From a virus (taxonomy: Duplodnaviria; Caudoviricetes), in IMG/VR virus record IMGVR_UViG_3300005512_000037, positions 1-58,442 of that record: 58,442 bases of DNA. One strand, 5' to 3'. Below the pieces are notes generated by a model that was given only the letters and a program-made list of their open reading frames with translations, had not been told where the DNA came from and searched no databases. A program made the translations under genes and the position numbers. Within the stretch, counting starts at the first letter, position 1. Every line of letters starts with the position of its first letter. Below, piece by piece: positions 47,646-56,386 of this stretch.

Positions 47646-48607
47646 GTAATTTAGCAGAAAACGAAGACTTCAAAGAAGAAACAGTGTCAGAAGCTATTGC
47701 TAGTGCAAAAGGTCAAGCTCCTGAAGCTAATGATGGTTTTGAGGTTGAAATTATAGATGACACTCCTGAAGAAGATCAGGGTAAACCTCGCCGCGCCGAA
47801 AACGCTGAACCTCAGATACCTTCTGAAGATGAAGTAGAGAAGTATTCTGAAGGCGTACAAAAACGTATCAAACAGCTAAAGTTTGAGTTCCATGAAGAGC
47901 GTCGTGCAAAAGAAGAAGCTGCACGTATGCAGGAAGAGGCGTTGAGGTACGCACAGCAGATAAAAGCGGAGAACGATAAGCTACGTCAAACATTGGATGA
48001 TGGCGAAGCGAGCCTGATCAGTCAGGCAAAAGGTCGTATCAATGCTCAGTTAGATAAAGCTAAAGCAGCTTACAAAACTGCGTACGAGTCTGGCGATCCA
48101 GATGCGCTGTTAGCAGCTCAAGAACAGCTTACAACTATCCAAAACGAAAAATATCGTGTGGATAATTACCAGCCGCAGCAACGTACTAAACAAAAAGCAC
48201 CAGAACCTGAGTTTAAACAGCCCGCACCACAGGTACCTCAACCTGACCAAAAAGCGTTAGAATGGGGTAAACGTAACGATTGGTTTGAAAAAGACCCTGA
48301 AATGACAGGGTACGCGTACGGACTTCACCAGAAGCTAGTGCAACAAGGTATTGATCCGAGAAGCGATCAGTATTATGATGAAATTGACAAAGCCGTAAGG
48401 CGAGTCTTTCCAGATAAGTTTGACGATGGGCATATTGAGGAAGAAGCACCCCAACGTCAAAACGGCCCCGTGGTTGCCGCACCGTCTCGTACGACTAAGA
48501 AATCACGCACAGTGCGACTGACCTCAACGCAAGCTGCACTCGCCAAGCGGCTTGGTCTGTCTAATGAGCAATATGCGGCGCAGTTAATGAAGGATATGAA
48601 CCGATGA
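47642..48607 (+). CDS. Capsid scaffolding protein (putative)
   Basis: Acidic coiled coil; C-terminal L-x3-Q-x3-AKRLG-x4-YA. Confidence 0.65.
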   Translation: MSNLAENEDFKEETVSEAIASAKGQAPEANDGFEVEIIDDTPEEDQGKPRRAENAEPQIPSEDEVEKYSEGVQKRIKQLKFEFHEERRAKEEAARMQEEALRYAQQIKAENDKLRQTLDDGEASLISQAKGRINAQLDKAKAAYKTAYESGDPDALLAAQEQLTTIQNEKYRVDNYQPQQRTKQKAPEPEFKQPAPQVPQPDQKALEWGKRNDWFEKDPEMTGYAYGLHQKLVQQGIDPRSDQYYDEIDKAVRRVFPDKFDDGHIEEEAPQRQNGPVVAAPSRTTKKSRTVRLTSTQAALAKRLGLSNEQYAAQLMKDMNR

Positions 48608-49047
48608 CGAACCGAACATCACGCCAAAATCAAGATCGTGAGGCCACGAAACGTAAGGTGTCATGGGAGCGACCTTCGATGTTACCGACCCCCGAACCCC
48701 GTGAAGGCATTGTCTATCGCTGGATTCGCACATCAACTTTGGGTCAAACGGATAACACGAATGTTTCTTCCAGATTCCGTGATGGTTGGACACCCGTTCG
48801 TAGAGAGGACCATCCAAACCTTCAAGTTGTGTCTGATATCGATTCTCGATTTACAGACAATATTGAGGTCGGTGGATTGCTGCTTTGCCAGAACTCTGCC
48901 GAAAAAGTCCAAGCGCGTATAGATGCGCAGCTCCAACAGGCTAAGAGCCAAATGCAAGCTGTGGACAATTCGTACTTGCGACAGTCAGACCCTCGTATGC
49001 CCGTTCTGAATCCAGAGCGAAGCACACGATCATCGTTTGGCAAGTAA
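48604..49047 (+). CDS. Conserved head-module protein
   Basis: W-x2-P-x2-LP-x-P...YRWIR...GW-x-PV...GGLLLC. Confidence 0.65.
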   Translation: MTNRTSRQNQDREATKRKVSWERPSMLPTPEPREGIVYRWIRTSTLGQTDNTNVSSRFRDGWTPVRREDHPNLQVVSDIDSRFTDNIEVGGLLLCQNSAEKVQARIDAQLQQAKSQMQAVDNSYLRQSDPRMPVLNPERSTRSSFGK

Positions 49048-49099
49048 CCTTTCGGGGGAGCTTGCTTGGTTGAAACTCAGATTGTGAGGAAATAGAGCT

Positions 49100-49711
49100 A
49101 TGGCTACTATAGCAGCTCCTTATGGCTTAAAACCTGTCCGCCGTGCGGACGGAACGCCATACGCTGGGGCAACGTCCCAGTTTCTCATCGATCCCGCTGG
49201 TGAAGCAACAAACCTATTCTATGGACAAGTTGTTATCATTGGGGCCGATGGGTACATCGCGCTGGCAACTGGTACAGGTGCAGACCTGACCACTAACAGC
49301 ATTTCAGGCACATCAGGCGTAGGCGCTATTGGCGTTTTCGTTGGTTGTGAATATGTAAACTCTTCAGGTCAACTCGTTCAGGCTCAGTATTATCCATCAG
49401 GTACATCTAATGGTGATGCGATCAAAGCCTATGTTGTCGATGATCCAAACGTACTATTCCAAGCGCAGCTTGATGGTGCGGGAGCGCAGACAATAATTGG
49501 TACTAACACATTCTTTGCAGCGGCTCAGTCAACTTCGACTGGTGATACCTCAACAGGTAACTCAACGTCTGCATTGGATGCGACAGTCCAAACCGCAGCA
49601 GCAGCGTTCCGTATCGTTGCTCATGTGTCACCTGCTAGTGATGCCTTCCCAGATGTTCTTGTTAAGTTCAATCCTGGCGGACATCAGATGACAAACAATG
49701 TTGGCTTATAA
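49100..49711 (+). CDS. Capsid decoration/cement protein (putative)
   Basis: APYGLKP...IGVFVGCEY...VVDDP; immediately upstream of the major capsid gene. Confidence 0.6.
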   Translation: MATIAAPYGLKPVRRADGTPYAGATSQFLIDPAGEATNLFYGQVVIIGADGYIALATGTGADLTTNSISGTSGVGAIGVFVGCEYVNSSGQLVQAQYYPSGTSNGDAIKAYVVDDPNVLFQAQLDGAGAQTIIGTNTFFAAAQSTSTGDTSTGNSTSALDATVQTAAAAFRIVAHVSPASDAFPDVLVKFNPGGHQMTNNVGL

Positions 49712-49724
49712 AGGAGTATAGACA

Positions 49725-50630
49725 ATGGCTATTTCACGCGCCCAGCTCCTTAAAGAGCTACTACCAGGTCTAAATGCGTTGTTCGGTCTTGAGTACGGTA
49801 AGTACGAAAACGAGCACGAAGAAATCTACGAAACTGAGACATCAGAACGTTCCTTTGAAGAGGAAGTTAAACTGTCTGGGTTTGGTGCAGCCCCAGTTAA
49901 AGCTGAAGGTCAAGCGATTTCTTACGATAATGCGCAAGAACACTTCACCGCTCGTTACAACCACGAAACGGTTGCAATGGGTTTCTCTATCACTGAAGAA
50001 GCTATGGAAGATAACCTGTATGACTCATTGTCAGCTCGTTATACAAAAGCCTTGGCTCGCGCTATGGCGTATACGAAGCAGGTTAAAGCCGCGTCTATCT
50101 TGAACACAGGCTTTGATACCTTCACATCTGGCGACGGTTCTTTCTTGTTTGCAACTGACCACCCAACAGTTGGTGGCGGCACAAACTCGAACAAGCCGCA
50201 GACAAACGCTGACTTGAACGAGACTTCACTTGAGCAAGCGGTTATCGATATTGCTGCGTTCACTGACGAACGTGGCCTATTGATTGCTGCGCGTCCACGT
50301 AAGCTAATCGTTCCACCTGCGCTAATGTTCGTTGCAACTCGTTTGCTACAAACAGAACTACGTGTAGGGACAGCGGATAACGACATCAACGCATTGCGTT
50401 CGAATGGTTCGATCCCAGAAGGCTACCGTGTCAACCACTACCTAACTGACACAGATGCGTTCTTTATCACAACTGATATCCCGAACGGCATGAAGCACTT
50501 TGTGCGTACTGCTATGCAAACGGGTATGGACGGAGACTTCGATACAGGTAACGTGCGCTATAAAGCGCGTGAGCGTTACTCATTTGGTGTTTCTGACCCA
50601 CTAGGCATTTACGGTTCCCCAGGAGCGTAA
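49725..50630 (+). CDS. Major capsid protein (Mu gpT-like HK97 fold)
   Basis: MAISRAQLLKELLPGLNALFG, ITEEAMEDNLY, LIVPPAL, YKARERYSFG; followed by a terminator. Confidence 0.9.
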   Translation: MAISRAQLLKELLPGLNALFGLEYGKYENEHEEIYETETSERSFEEEVKLSGFGAAPVKAEGQAISYDNAQEHFTARYNHETVAMGFSITEEAMEDNLYDSLSARYTKALARAMAYTKQVKAASILNTGFDTFTSGDGSFLFATDHPTVGGGTNSNKPQTNADLNETSLEQAVIDIAAFTDERGLLIAARPRKLIVPPALMFVATRLLQTELRVGTADNDINALRSNGSIPEGYRVNHYLTDTDAFFITTDIPNGMKHFVRTAMQTGMDGDFDTGNVRYKARERYSFGVSDPLGIYGSPGA

Positions 50631-50685
50631 TTTGTGATATGATGTAGTTGCTCTCTCCCAAGGGCACACACCTCCCTGTTGGATT

Positions 50686-50715
50686 GGGGCTGCTCACGCG
50701 GCCCCTTTCTTTTTT
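50686..50715 (+). terminator. Rho-independent terminator after the major capsid gene
   Basis: ggggctgc-tcac-gcggcccc followed by a T-rich tract. Confidence 0.85.
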
Positions 50716-50789
50716 ACAAAAGTATGTTATCCTGTGTACATCCCTGACAGTCGCATGGTGCGGCTGACTAACCCAGACAGGAGATCAAA

Positions 50790-51263
50790 ATGGGTACAAC
50801 TACTTTCTCAGGTCCAGTACGTTCTGAGCGAGGCTTTACGGCTGTAGGCTCAAACGCAGTGGTCGCAATCACAGCAGAAACAACTCTTACATATGCGGAT
50901 CACGTTGGTCGCATTATTGAGATCAATGATGCCGATGGCGCTGTAACTCTTCCATCAATTACTAGCGATACTATTGGCGCAACCTACAAATTTTTTGTAG
51001 GAACTACCGCTTCTGATTTGGACATTAAAACAGATGGCACAGATAAGTTCGTTGGCAATCTCGTTCTTGCCGCCGCCGCCACTTCTCAAGCTAGGGGTTT
51101 CGCTCCTGCAGCAGACAACGATGTCATTTCTATGAACGGCACCACCACAGGTGGTATTGCTGGTTCTGTTGTAGAAGTCACAGCAATTGCAACTGCAGAA
51201 TATCTTGTTACTGGCACATTGTTAGGATCAGGCACACTTGCTACTCCATTCGCTGATGCATAA
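50790..51263 (+). CDS. Virion structural protein
   Basis: MGTTTFSGPVRS start; beta-rich; GGAG RBS. Confidence 0.6.
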   Translation: MGTTTFSGPVRSERGFTAVGSNAVVAITAETTLTYADHVGRIIEINDADGAVTLPSITSDTIGATYKFFVGTTASDLDIKTDGTDKFVGNLVLAAAATSQARGFAPAADNDVISMNGTTTGGIAGSVVEVTAIATAEYLVTGTLLGSGTLATPFADA

Positions 51264-51276
51264 TAGGAGATAAACT

Positions 51277-51819
51277 ATGGGCAATAGTACTATAGCTCAG
51301 ATTTTCCAAGGGCATCGACACGAAAGTGGGTTTGTCGTTTTGGGAAGACACCGTCTCAAAGAGGTTTCTCTTGTGGGAACTGCAAGTGCAGGTCTCCTTG
51401 ATATATTTGACACGGACACAGCTCCAGCGGCTGGCACTTATGCGCAGAGCGGAACAACTGTTACTGTTACTGATGCGTCCCACGGTCTTTCCACTGGTGA
51501 TCTTGTTGGTATTTCTTTTTCCACTGGCACTGGTGGTACAGCGCAGCCAGGAAATTACGAAATTACAGTTACTACAGCTAATGCGTTTACTGTAACAATG
51601 CTGAACTCAGATACTATTACAGATGACCCAGCTTGTCGTTATGTTGCAACTACGCCTAGCCCAAATACGTTTCCTCGAAGATGGTTGATGAGTAAGCATA
51701 CTTCAGCGAATGATACTTTCGCTAATACGTTTAGTATTCCAAACCAGGGATTTGTCGCTACAAGAGGTATATACTTCCACATGGCAAATTTGTTAGAAGC
51801 CGATGTCTTCTACGAGTAA
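51277..51819 (+). CDS. Virion structural protein
   Basis: TVTVT-x3-HGL-x-TGD beta-repeat. Confidence 0.55.
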   Translation: MGNSTIAQIFQGHRHESGFVVLGRHRLKEVSLVGTASAGLLDIFDTDTAPAAGTYAQSGTTVTVTDASHGLSTGDLVGISFSTGTGGTAQPGNYEITVTTANAFTVTMLNSDTITDDPACRYVATTPSPNTFPRRWLMSKHTSANDTFANTFSIPNQGFVATRGIYFHMANLLEADVFYE

Positions 51820-52126
51820 ATCAAAAAAAGACCCCCGCCTCGAAAGGGCTGGGGTTTCTGGCTATAATAAGCCAAAGCGGACACCTAATCATCCAACTAA
51901 GTCACATGTTGTTGTGGCTAAAGAGGGCGATAAGGTTAAGACTATCCGTTTTGGTCAGCAGGGTGTGAAGACAAACCAGACTGTAGGACAGCGCAAAGCC
52001 TTCAAGTCTCGTCACGCAAAGAACATCAGCAAGGGCAAGATGTCCGCAGCTTTTTGGGCCAATAAGGTTAAGTGGTCGCCAAGTAAAACCAAGTCTAGTT
52101 CTACCAAGTGGAAGAAGGGATCATGA
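51803..52126 (+). CDS. Basic conserved phage protein
   Basis: NKPKRTP-x-HP-x-KSH-x-V...IRFGQQG...F-x2-RH...SAA-x-W. Confidence 0.7.
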   Translation: MSSTSKSKKDPRLERAGVSGYNKPKRTPNHPTKSHVVVAKEGDKVKTIRFGQQGVKTNQTVGQRKAFKSRHAKNISKGKMSAAFWANKVKWSPSKTKSSSTKWKKGS

Positions 52127-52587
52127 CTATCTCTCGCGCGCAAATGGGTAGCCAGCTAACGGGGAACAGAATGCCAGTAAAAAAAGTAAAGGGTGGTTAT
52201 AAGTTTGGAAGCTCAGGTAAGGTTTTCCCTACCCGTGCAGGTGCAGAGCGTCAGCAACGTGCAGCTTACGCCAACGGATATAGAGGTATGTCTGCTGGTG
52301 GATTTGTTTCCACAGGTGACGATGCCAAAGACCTAGAGGTTTTGCGTTCTGCTAAAAACATTGATGATGGCCCCATCGGAATGAAGAAGGGCGGTAGGCC
52401 TAAAAAGAAAAAGTCTAAGAGTCGTGTGAACGAAGCTGGTAATTACACCAAGCCATCTATGCGCAAGAGATTGTTTAACAAAATCAAAGCTGGTGGTAAG
52501 GGCGGTGCGCCTGGTCAGTGGTCCGCTCGCAAGGCTCAGATGTTAGCACAACAATATAAGAAGGCTGGCGGTGGGTACAGAGATTAA
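52123..52587 (+). CDS. Basic conserved phage protein
   Basis: GNYTKP-x-MRK...GG-x-PGQWSARKAQ...YK-x-AGGGY; ATGA-coupled. Confidence 0.7.
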   Translation: MTISRAQMGSQLTGNRMPVKKVKGGYKFGSSGKVFPTRAGAERQQRAAYANGYRGMSAGGFVSTGDDAKDLEVLRSAKNIDDGPIGMKKGGRPKKKKSKSRVNEAGNYTKPSMRKRLFNKIKAGGKGGAPGQWSARKAQMLAQQYKKAGGGYRD

Positions 52588-53095
52588 AGATGATCTGCGC
52601 AGTTGGTCGCGTGAGGTACTAGAGGTTCCCAATGAACATCTTAAGGGGATGCCACCGTGTCCCTACGCCAAAGAGGCGTGGAAGAAAGACAAAGTTCTTG
52701 TTATCGAAACAGATCAAGTAATTGAATCTACTTGTGTCTATACTGATTTTTTTGAAGACTTCGAAAAAGAACTTGTAGTCGTTGCCTCTTTTAATCTGCC
52801 AGACATTAATGAGTTTAACGATTTTATAGATCAGCTTAATGATACAAATAAAACACTGCATTGTATGGGTTTCCATCCTGGGTATGACGCAGAAGATGCA
52901 GAATTAGATTTTCTTTCTGACAATGATTGGGTGAGTTCTCTTGATAAAGATTACTGCATGATCTTTATACAGGATTTACAGACAGTTGTTAGGGCAAGTG
53001 ACAAGTTGGAAAAACTGGGGTACTATGAAGCGTATCCTGAATCAGAGTATCAAGAACTCGTAGTGGAACGGAAAAGGAGAATCCAATGGCTATGA
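52571..53095 (+). CDS. DUF1415-like acidic protein (tentative)
   Basis: PCPYAK...FHP motif. Confidence 0.5.
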   Translation: MGTEIKDDLRSWSREVLEVPNEHLKGMPPCPYAKEAWKKDKVLVIETDQVIESTCVYTDFFEDFEKELVVVASFNLPDINEFNDFIDQLNDTNKTLHCMGFHPGYDAEDAELDFLSDNDWVSSLDKDYCMIFIQDLQTVVRASDKLEKLGYYEAYPESEYQELVVERKRRIQWL

Positions 53096-53223
53096 AACCT
53101 CGTGCAATGAAGAAGCCTGTAGCAATGAAACGTGGTGGCGCTACTAAGAAGCGCGGCGGCGGTATGATGGCAAAGAAGCCTATGATGGCTATGAAGCGTG
53201 GTGGTAAAACTAAGAAGAAGTAA
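53086..53223 (+). CDS. Tiny Lys/Met-rich basic peptide (45 aa, absent from the ORF track)
   Basis: AAGGAG RBS; MAMKPRAMKKPVAMKRGG...KKK; TAATG-coupled to the next gene. Confidence 0.7.
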   Translation: MAMKPRAMKKPVAMKRGGATKKRGGGMMAKKPMMAMKRGGKTKKK

Positions 53224-53486
53224 TGGCACTTAAAAAGTCGCAGAAGAGCCTCAAGTCTTGGACAAAGCAGAAATGGCGTACTAAAAGTGGCAAGCCTTCT
53301 ACACAAGGGGCTAATGCTACTGGTGAACGGTATTTACCTTCTTCGGCTATTAAGTCTCTTAGCAGCAGTGAATATGCTGCAACCACACGAGCAAAACGAG
53401 AAGGCACTAAGGCAGGTAAGCAGCATGTGGCTCAACCTAAAAAAATTGCAAAGAAAACCAAGCGACACAGAAGTGTAGTGACATAG
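53223..53486 (+). CDS. Basic conserved phage protein
   Basis: SQKSL-x2-WTKQKWRTKSGKPS...TGERYLP. Confidence 0.7.
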   Translation: MALKKSQKSLKSWTKQKWRTKSGKPSTQGANATGERYLPSSAIKSLSSSEYAATTRAKREGTKAGKQHVAQPKKIAKKTKRHRSVVT

Positions 53487-53495
53487 GAACGCGAC

Positions 53496-54182
53496 ATGGC
53501 AGTAGTAACACCAGATTTACCAGAACTTTTTGAAGAGGCTTATGAACGGGCTGGTTTATCTATGCAAACTGGTTATGACCTTAAGACTGCTCGTAGAAGT
53601 CTCAATCTTTTGACATTGGAGTGGCAAAACCGTGGCCTTAATCTCTTTACTATTGAAGAAGGTACGATCTCTGTTACGGCTGGGACCGCGACCTACACCC
53701 TTCCTTCGGACACAATCGACATCATCGAACATCAAATCCGAACAGGAACAGGCACCAATCAAGTTGACACGGCGCTCGAAAGGATCAGTGTCGCAACCTA
53801 CGCGCAGCAAACAAACAAAAACACGCAAGGTAGGCCGACCCAAATCTACGTCCAAAGGCTCCCAACAGAAACAAAAGTAACTCTATGGCCCGTTCCTGAC
53901 AGCACAACAACCTACACTATATTTTACTATAGACTAAAGGGTATAGATGGGCTTTCTTCTGGTGTGGGTACGGACGTTACATCAGTGCCGCCCAGATTTG
54001 TTCCATGTCTTGTTGCTGGCATGGCTTATTACATTGCTATGAAAAAACCTCAAGTGTCTGGTCGGGTTGCCGCTTTAAAACAGGAATATGAGTTCCAATT
54101 TGAGCTGGCTGCTGGAGAAGATACAGAGACAGCATCAATCAAATTTGTGCCGTATAATACATTCATGATAGGTGGCGGATGA
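53496..54182 (+). CDS. Head-tail adaptor protein
   Basis: EEAYERAG...GYDLKTARRSLNLL-x2-EW-x-NRGLNL, GRP-x-Q, LWPVPD. Confidence 0.7.
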   Translation: MAVVTPDLPELFEEAYERAGLSMQTGYDLKTARRSLNLLTLEWQNRGLNLFTIEEGTISVTAGTATYTLPSDTIDIIEHQIRTGTGTNQVDTALERISVATYAQQTNKNTQGRPTQIYVQRLPTETKVTLWPVPDSTTTYTIFYYRLKGIDGLSSGVGTDVTSVPPRFVPCLVAGMAYYIAMKKPQVSGRVAALKQEYEFQFELAAGEDTETASIKFVPYNTFMIGGG

Positions 54183-54493
54183 GTTACGCTAAAGGTAAAT
54201 ATGCTTTTGGATTTTGTGACAGGACTGGGTTTAGATACCCAATTAAAGACCTTGTCCCAGAGTTTAACAACGGTGTAAGGACTGGATTCCTTATTGGAAG
54301 AGATGTTGTTGATCCAGATCAACCTCAAAACTTTTTAGGAAGAGTTAAAATATTTGACCCACAGTCACTTCAAAACCCTAGACCTGATACATCTCAAGTT
54401 GAGAGTCGTGGCCTTTTTGGTTTTGATCCAGTTTGGAATGATGCACAATACATGACAGCGGAAGTTGGAAGTGTTAATATAGCTATATCGTAG
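54179..54493 (+). CDS. Conserved phage protein
   Basis: YA-x-GK-x-A-x-G-x-CDRTGFRY...D-x-Q-x-L-x-NPRPD. Confidence 0.65.
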   Translation: MSYAKGKYAFGFCDRTGFRYPIKDLVPEFNNGVRTGFLIGRDVVDPDQPQNFLGRVKIFDPQSLQNPRPDTSQVESRGLFGFDPVWNDAQYMTAEVGSVNIAIS

Positions 54494-54499
54494 GAGAAT

Positions 54500-54865
54500 A
54501 TGATGGCAGCACCTAAGAAAAGACTTGGCAAAGGTAAGAACCGTTTGAAGTTTAAAGACGTGTCTCCTCGTGCCGAAAAAGGTGATCAAGTTCACGTCAA
54601 GGAAATTAAAGACGAGGACATGATTGATGTATCTCCTCGCGCTGAAAAGAACGAGCGCGAAGAGGTCATGGGTAAAAAAGCTGGTGGCTCTCTAAAGCCT
54701 GTACCAAAAGACAAAGAGGGGAGTCTGGGAAAGCTGCCTACAGCCGTTCGAAATAAAATTGGTTTTCAGGCGAAAGGCGGTCCTGTAAAGAAAATGGGAA
54801 TGGGCGGCAAGTGTCGTGGTATGGGCGCAGCCACTCGTGGTGGTAACTTTTCAAGGAATGGATAA
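54500..54865 (+). CDS. Basic protein
   Basis: DVSPRAEK twice; C-terminal RGMGAATRG. Confidence 0.6.
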   Translation: MMAAPKKRLGKGKNRLKFKDVSPRAEKGDQVHVKEIKDEDMIDVSPRAEKNEREEVMGKKAGGSLKPVPKDKEGSLGKLPTAVRNKIGFQAKGGPVKKMGMGGKCRGMGAATRGGNFSRNG

Positions 54866-54871
54866 GTTCAA

Positions 54872-55504
54872 ATGAACTATTCTGAGTTAGTACAAGCAGT
54901 CAAGGACTACACTGAAAACACGGAAACGACTTTCGTGAATAACATTGATATGTTTATCCGACAGGCAGAAGAGCGGATATTCAGAGATGTTCAGATTCCT
55001 GAGCTGCGAAAGAATGTCACGGGTAACATTTCTTCTGGCAATCAGTACCTAGCTCGTCCCGCAGATTTTCTGACCACATTGTCTTTAGCTGTTATCAGTG
55101 GTGGTGACTTTACTTATCTTTTGGAAAAAGAGGTTAACTTTATCAGAGAAGCGTACCCAAGTGCCTCAACAACTGGCACACCAAAGTATTATGCTATCTT
55201 TGACGGTGATACATCAGGATCAAATGGAAACTTTATATTGGGTCCAACTCCAGATGCTGCATACAATGTAGAGCTTCATTACTATTATGACCCGCCTTCT
55301 ATCGTAACTACAAGCACATCTTGGCTTGGTGACAACGCGGAAGCTGCATTACTTTACGGCACTCTATATGAAGCGTATACCTTTATGAAGGGCGAGCCAG
55401 ATGTTCTGCAGAACTATCAACAGCGCTATCAGTCCGCTCTGGTCAATATGGCTGCTATCGGAGTTATGTTGAAAAGTGATACATATAGAGAGGATGCGGC
55501 GTAA
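54872..55504 (+). CDS. Tail tubular protein A/adaptor-like protein
   Basis: MNY-x-EL...FI-x-QAEERI...G-x-PKYY...PTPD...LLYG-x-L. Confidence 0.7.
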   Translation: MNYSELVQAVKDYTENTETTFVNNIDMFIRQAEERIFRDVQIPELRKNVTGNISSGNQYLARPADFLTTLSLAVISGGDFTYLLEKEVNFIREAYPSASTTGTPKYYAIFDGDTSGSNGNFILGPTPDAAYNVELHYYYDPPSIVTTSTSWLGDNAEAALLYGTLYEAYTFMKGEPDVLQNYQQRYQSALVNMAAIGVMLKSDTYREDAA

Positions 55505-55932
55505 TGGCTATTACTCAAGCAACGTGTACTTCGTTCAAGAAAGAGCTTCTGGAAGCTATCCATGATTTTACGGCACACACGTTTAAGATTGCTTTGTACT
55601 CTGACTCTGCGGATTTGAGTGCTGGCACCACAGTTTACTCCACGAGTAACGAAATAACGAACACCTCTGGTAGTGCTTATTCTCCTGGTGGTAAGGCGTT
55701 AACCACGATTGCTCCAACTACTTCAGGTACTGTAGCGTTTGTGGATTTTGAGAATATCAGTTGGGCCAATGCTTCGTTTACGGCGCGTGGTGCTTTGATA
55801 TATAATTCTTCTGCTTCTAATAAGGCTGTAGCTGTGTTAGATTTCGGGAGTAATCGCGTAGTCTCAGGTGATACCTTTGAAGTTCAGTTCCCTGTATCAT
55901 CCGCTACAACAGCTATAATTAGGATATCATAG
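55504..55932 (+). CDS. Virion structural protein
   Basis: MAITQA-x-CTSFK-x-ELL...FKIALY...ARGALIYN...VLDFG. Confidence 0.7.
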   Translation: MAITQATCTSFKKELLEAIHDFTAHTFKIALYSDSADLSAGTTVYSTSNEITNTSGSAYSPGGKALTTIAPTTSGTVAFVDFENISWANASFTARGALIYNSSASNKAVAVLDFGSNRVVSGDTFEVQFPVSSATTAIIRIS

Positions 55933-55941
55933 GAGTTTACT

Positions 55942-56373
55942 ATGGCTAGTTTCACAAAGGTAAACGATTTTGTCGTAAACCTAGCAAATACAATGGACTT
56001 GGATGCGGATACCTTAATCGTAGCCTTGTCAAACACAGACCCAACATCAGGAACAGATGTTACCGCAGATGGTAATGGAATCTTGGCTAACATCTCTCAG
56101 ATCAGCTATACCAACTTGTCTTCACGTACACTGCAAAACGTGACCAGCACACAGACAAGTGGGACATACAAGCTGTCTGCTGACGACCTTACACTGACGG
56201 CATCTGGTGGTTCAGTCGCTGCGTTCCGTTATATTGTAATTTACAATGACACAGTGACATCACCTGCTGATCCAGTTATTGGTTACTATGACTACGGTAC
56301 ATCATTGACACTGAACGATGGTGACACATTCACAATCGACATCGGGACAAACGGTATCCTGACTCTAACATAA
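55942..56373 (+). CDS. Virion structural protein (distantly similar to the preceding one)
   Basis: VAL-x-N...FRY-x-VIYNDT...IGYYDYG...DGDTFT. Confidence 0.65.
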   Translation: MASFTKVNDFVVNLANTMDLDADTLIVALSNTDPTSGTDVTADGNGILANISQISYTNLSSRTLQNVTSTQTSGTYKLSADDLTLTASGGSVAAFRYIVIYNDTVTSPADPVIGYYDYGTSLTLNDGDTFTIDIGTNGILTLT

Positions 56374-56386
56374 GGGGTAGATCGTC

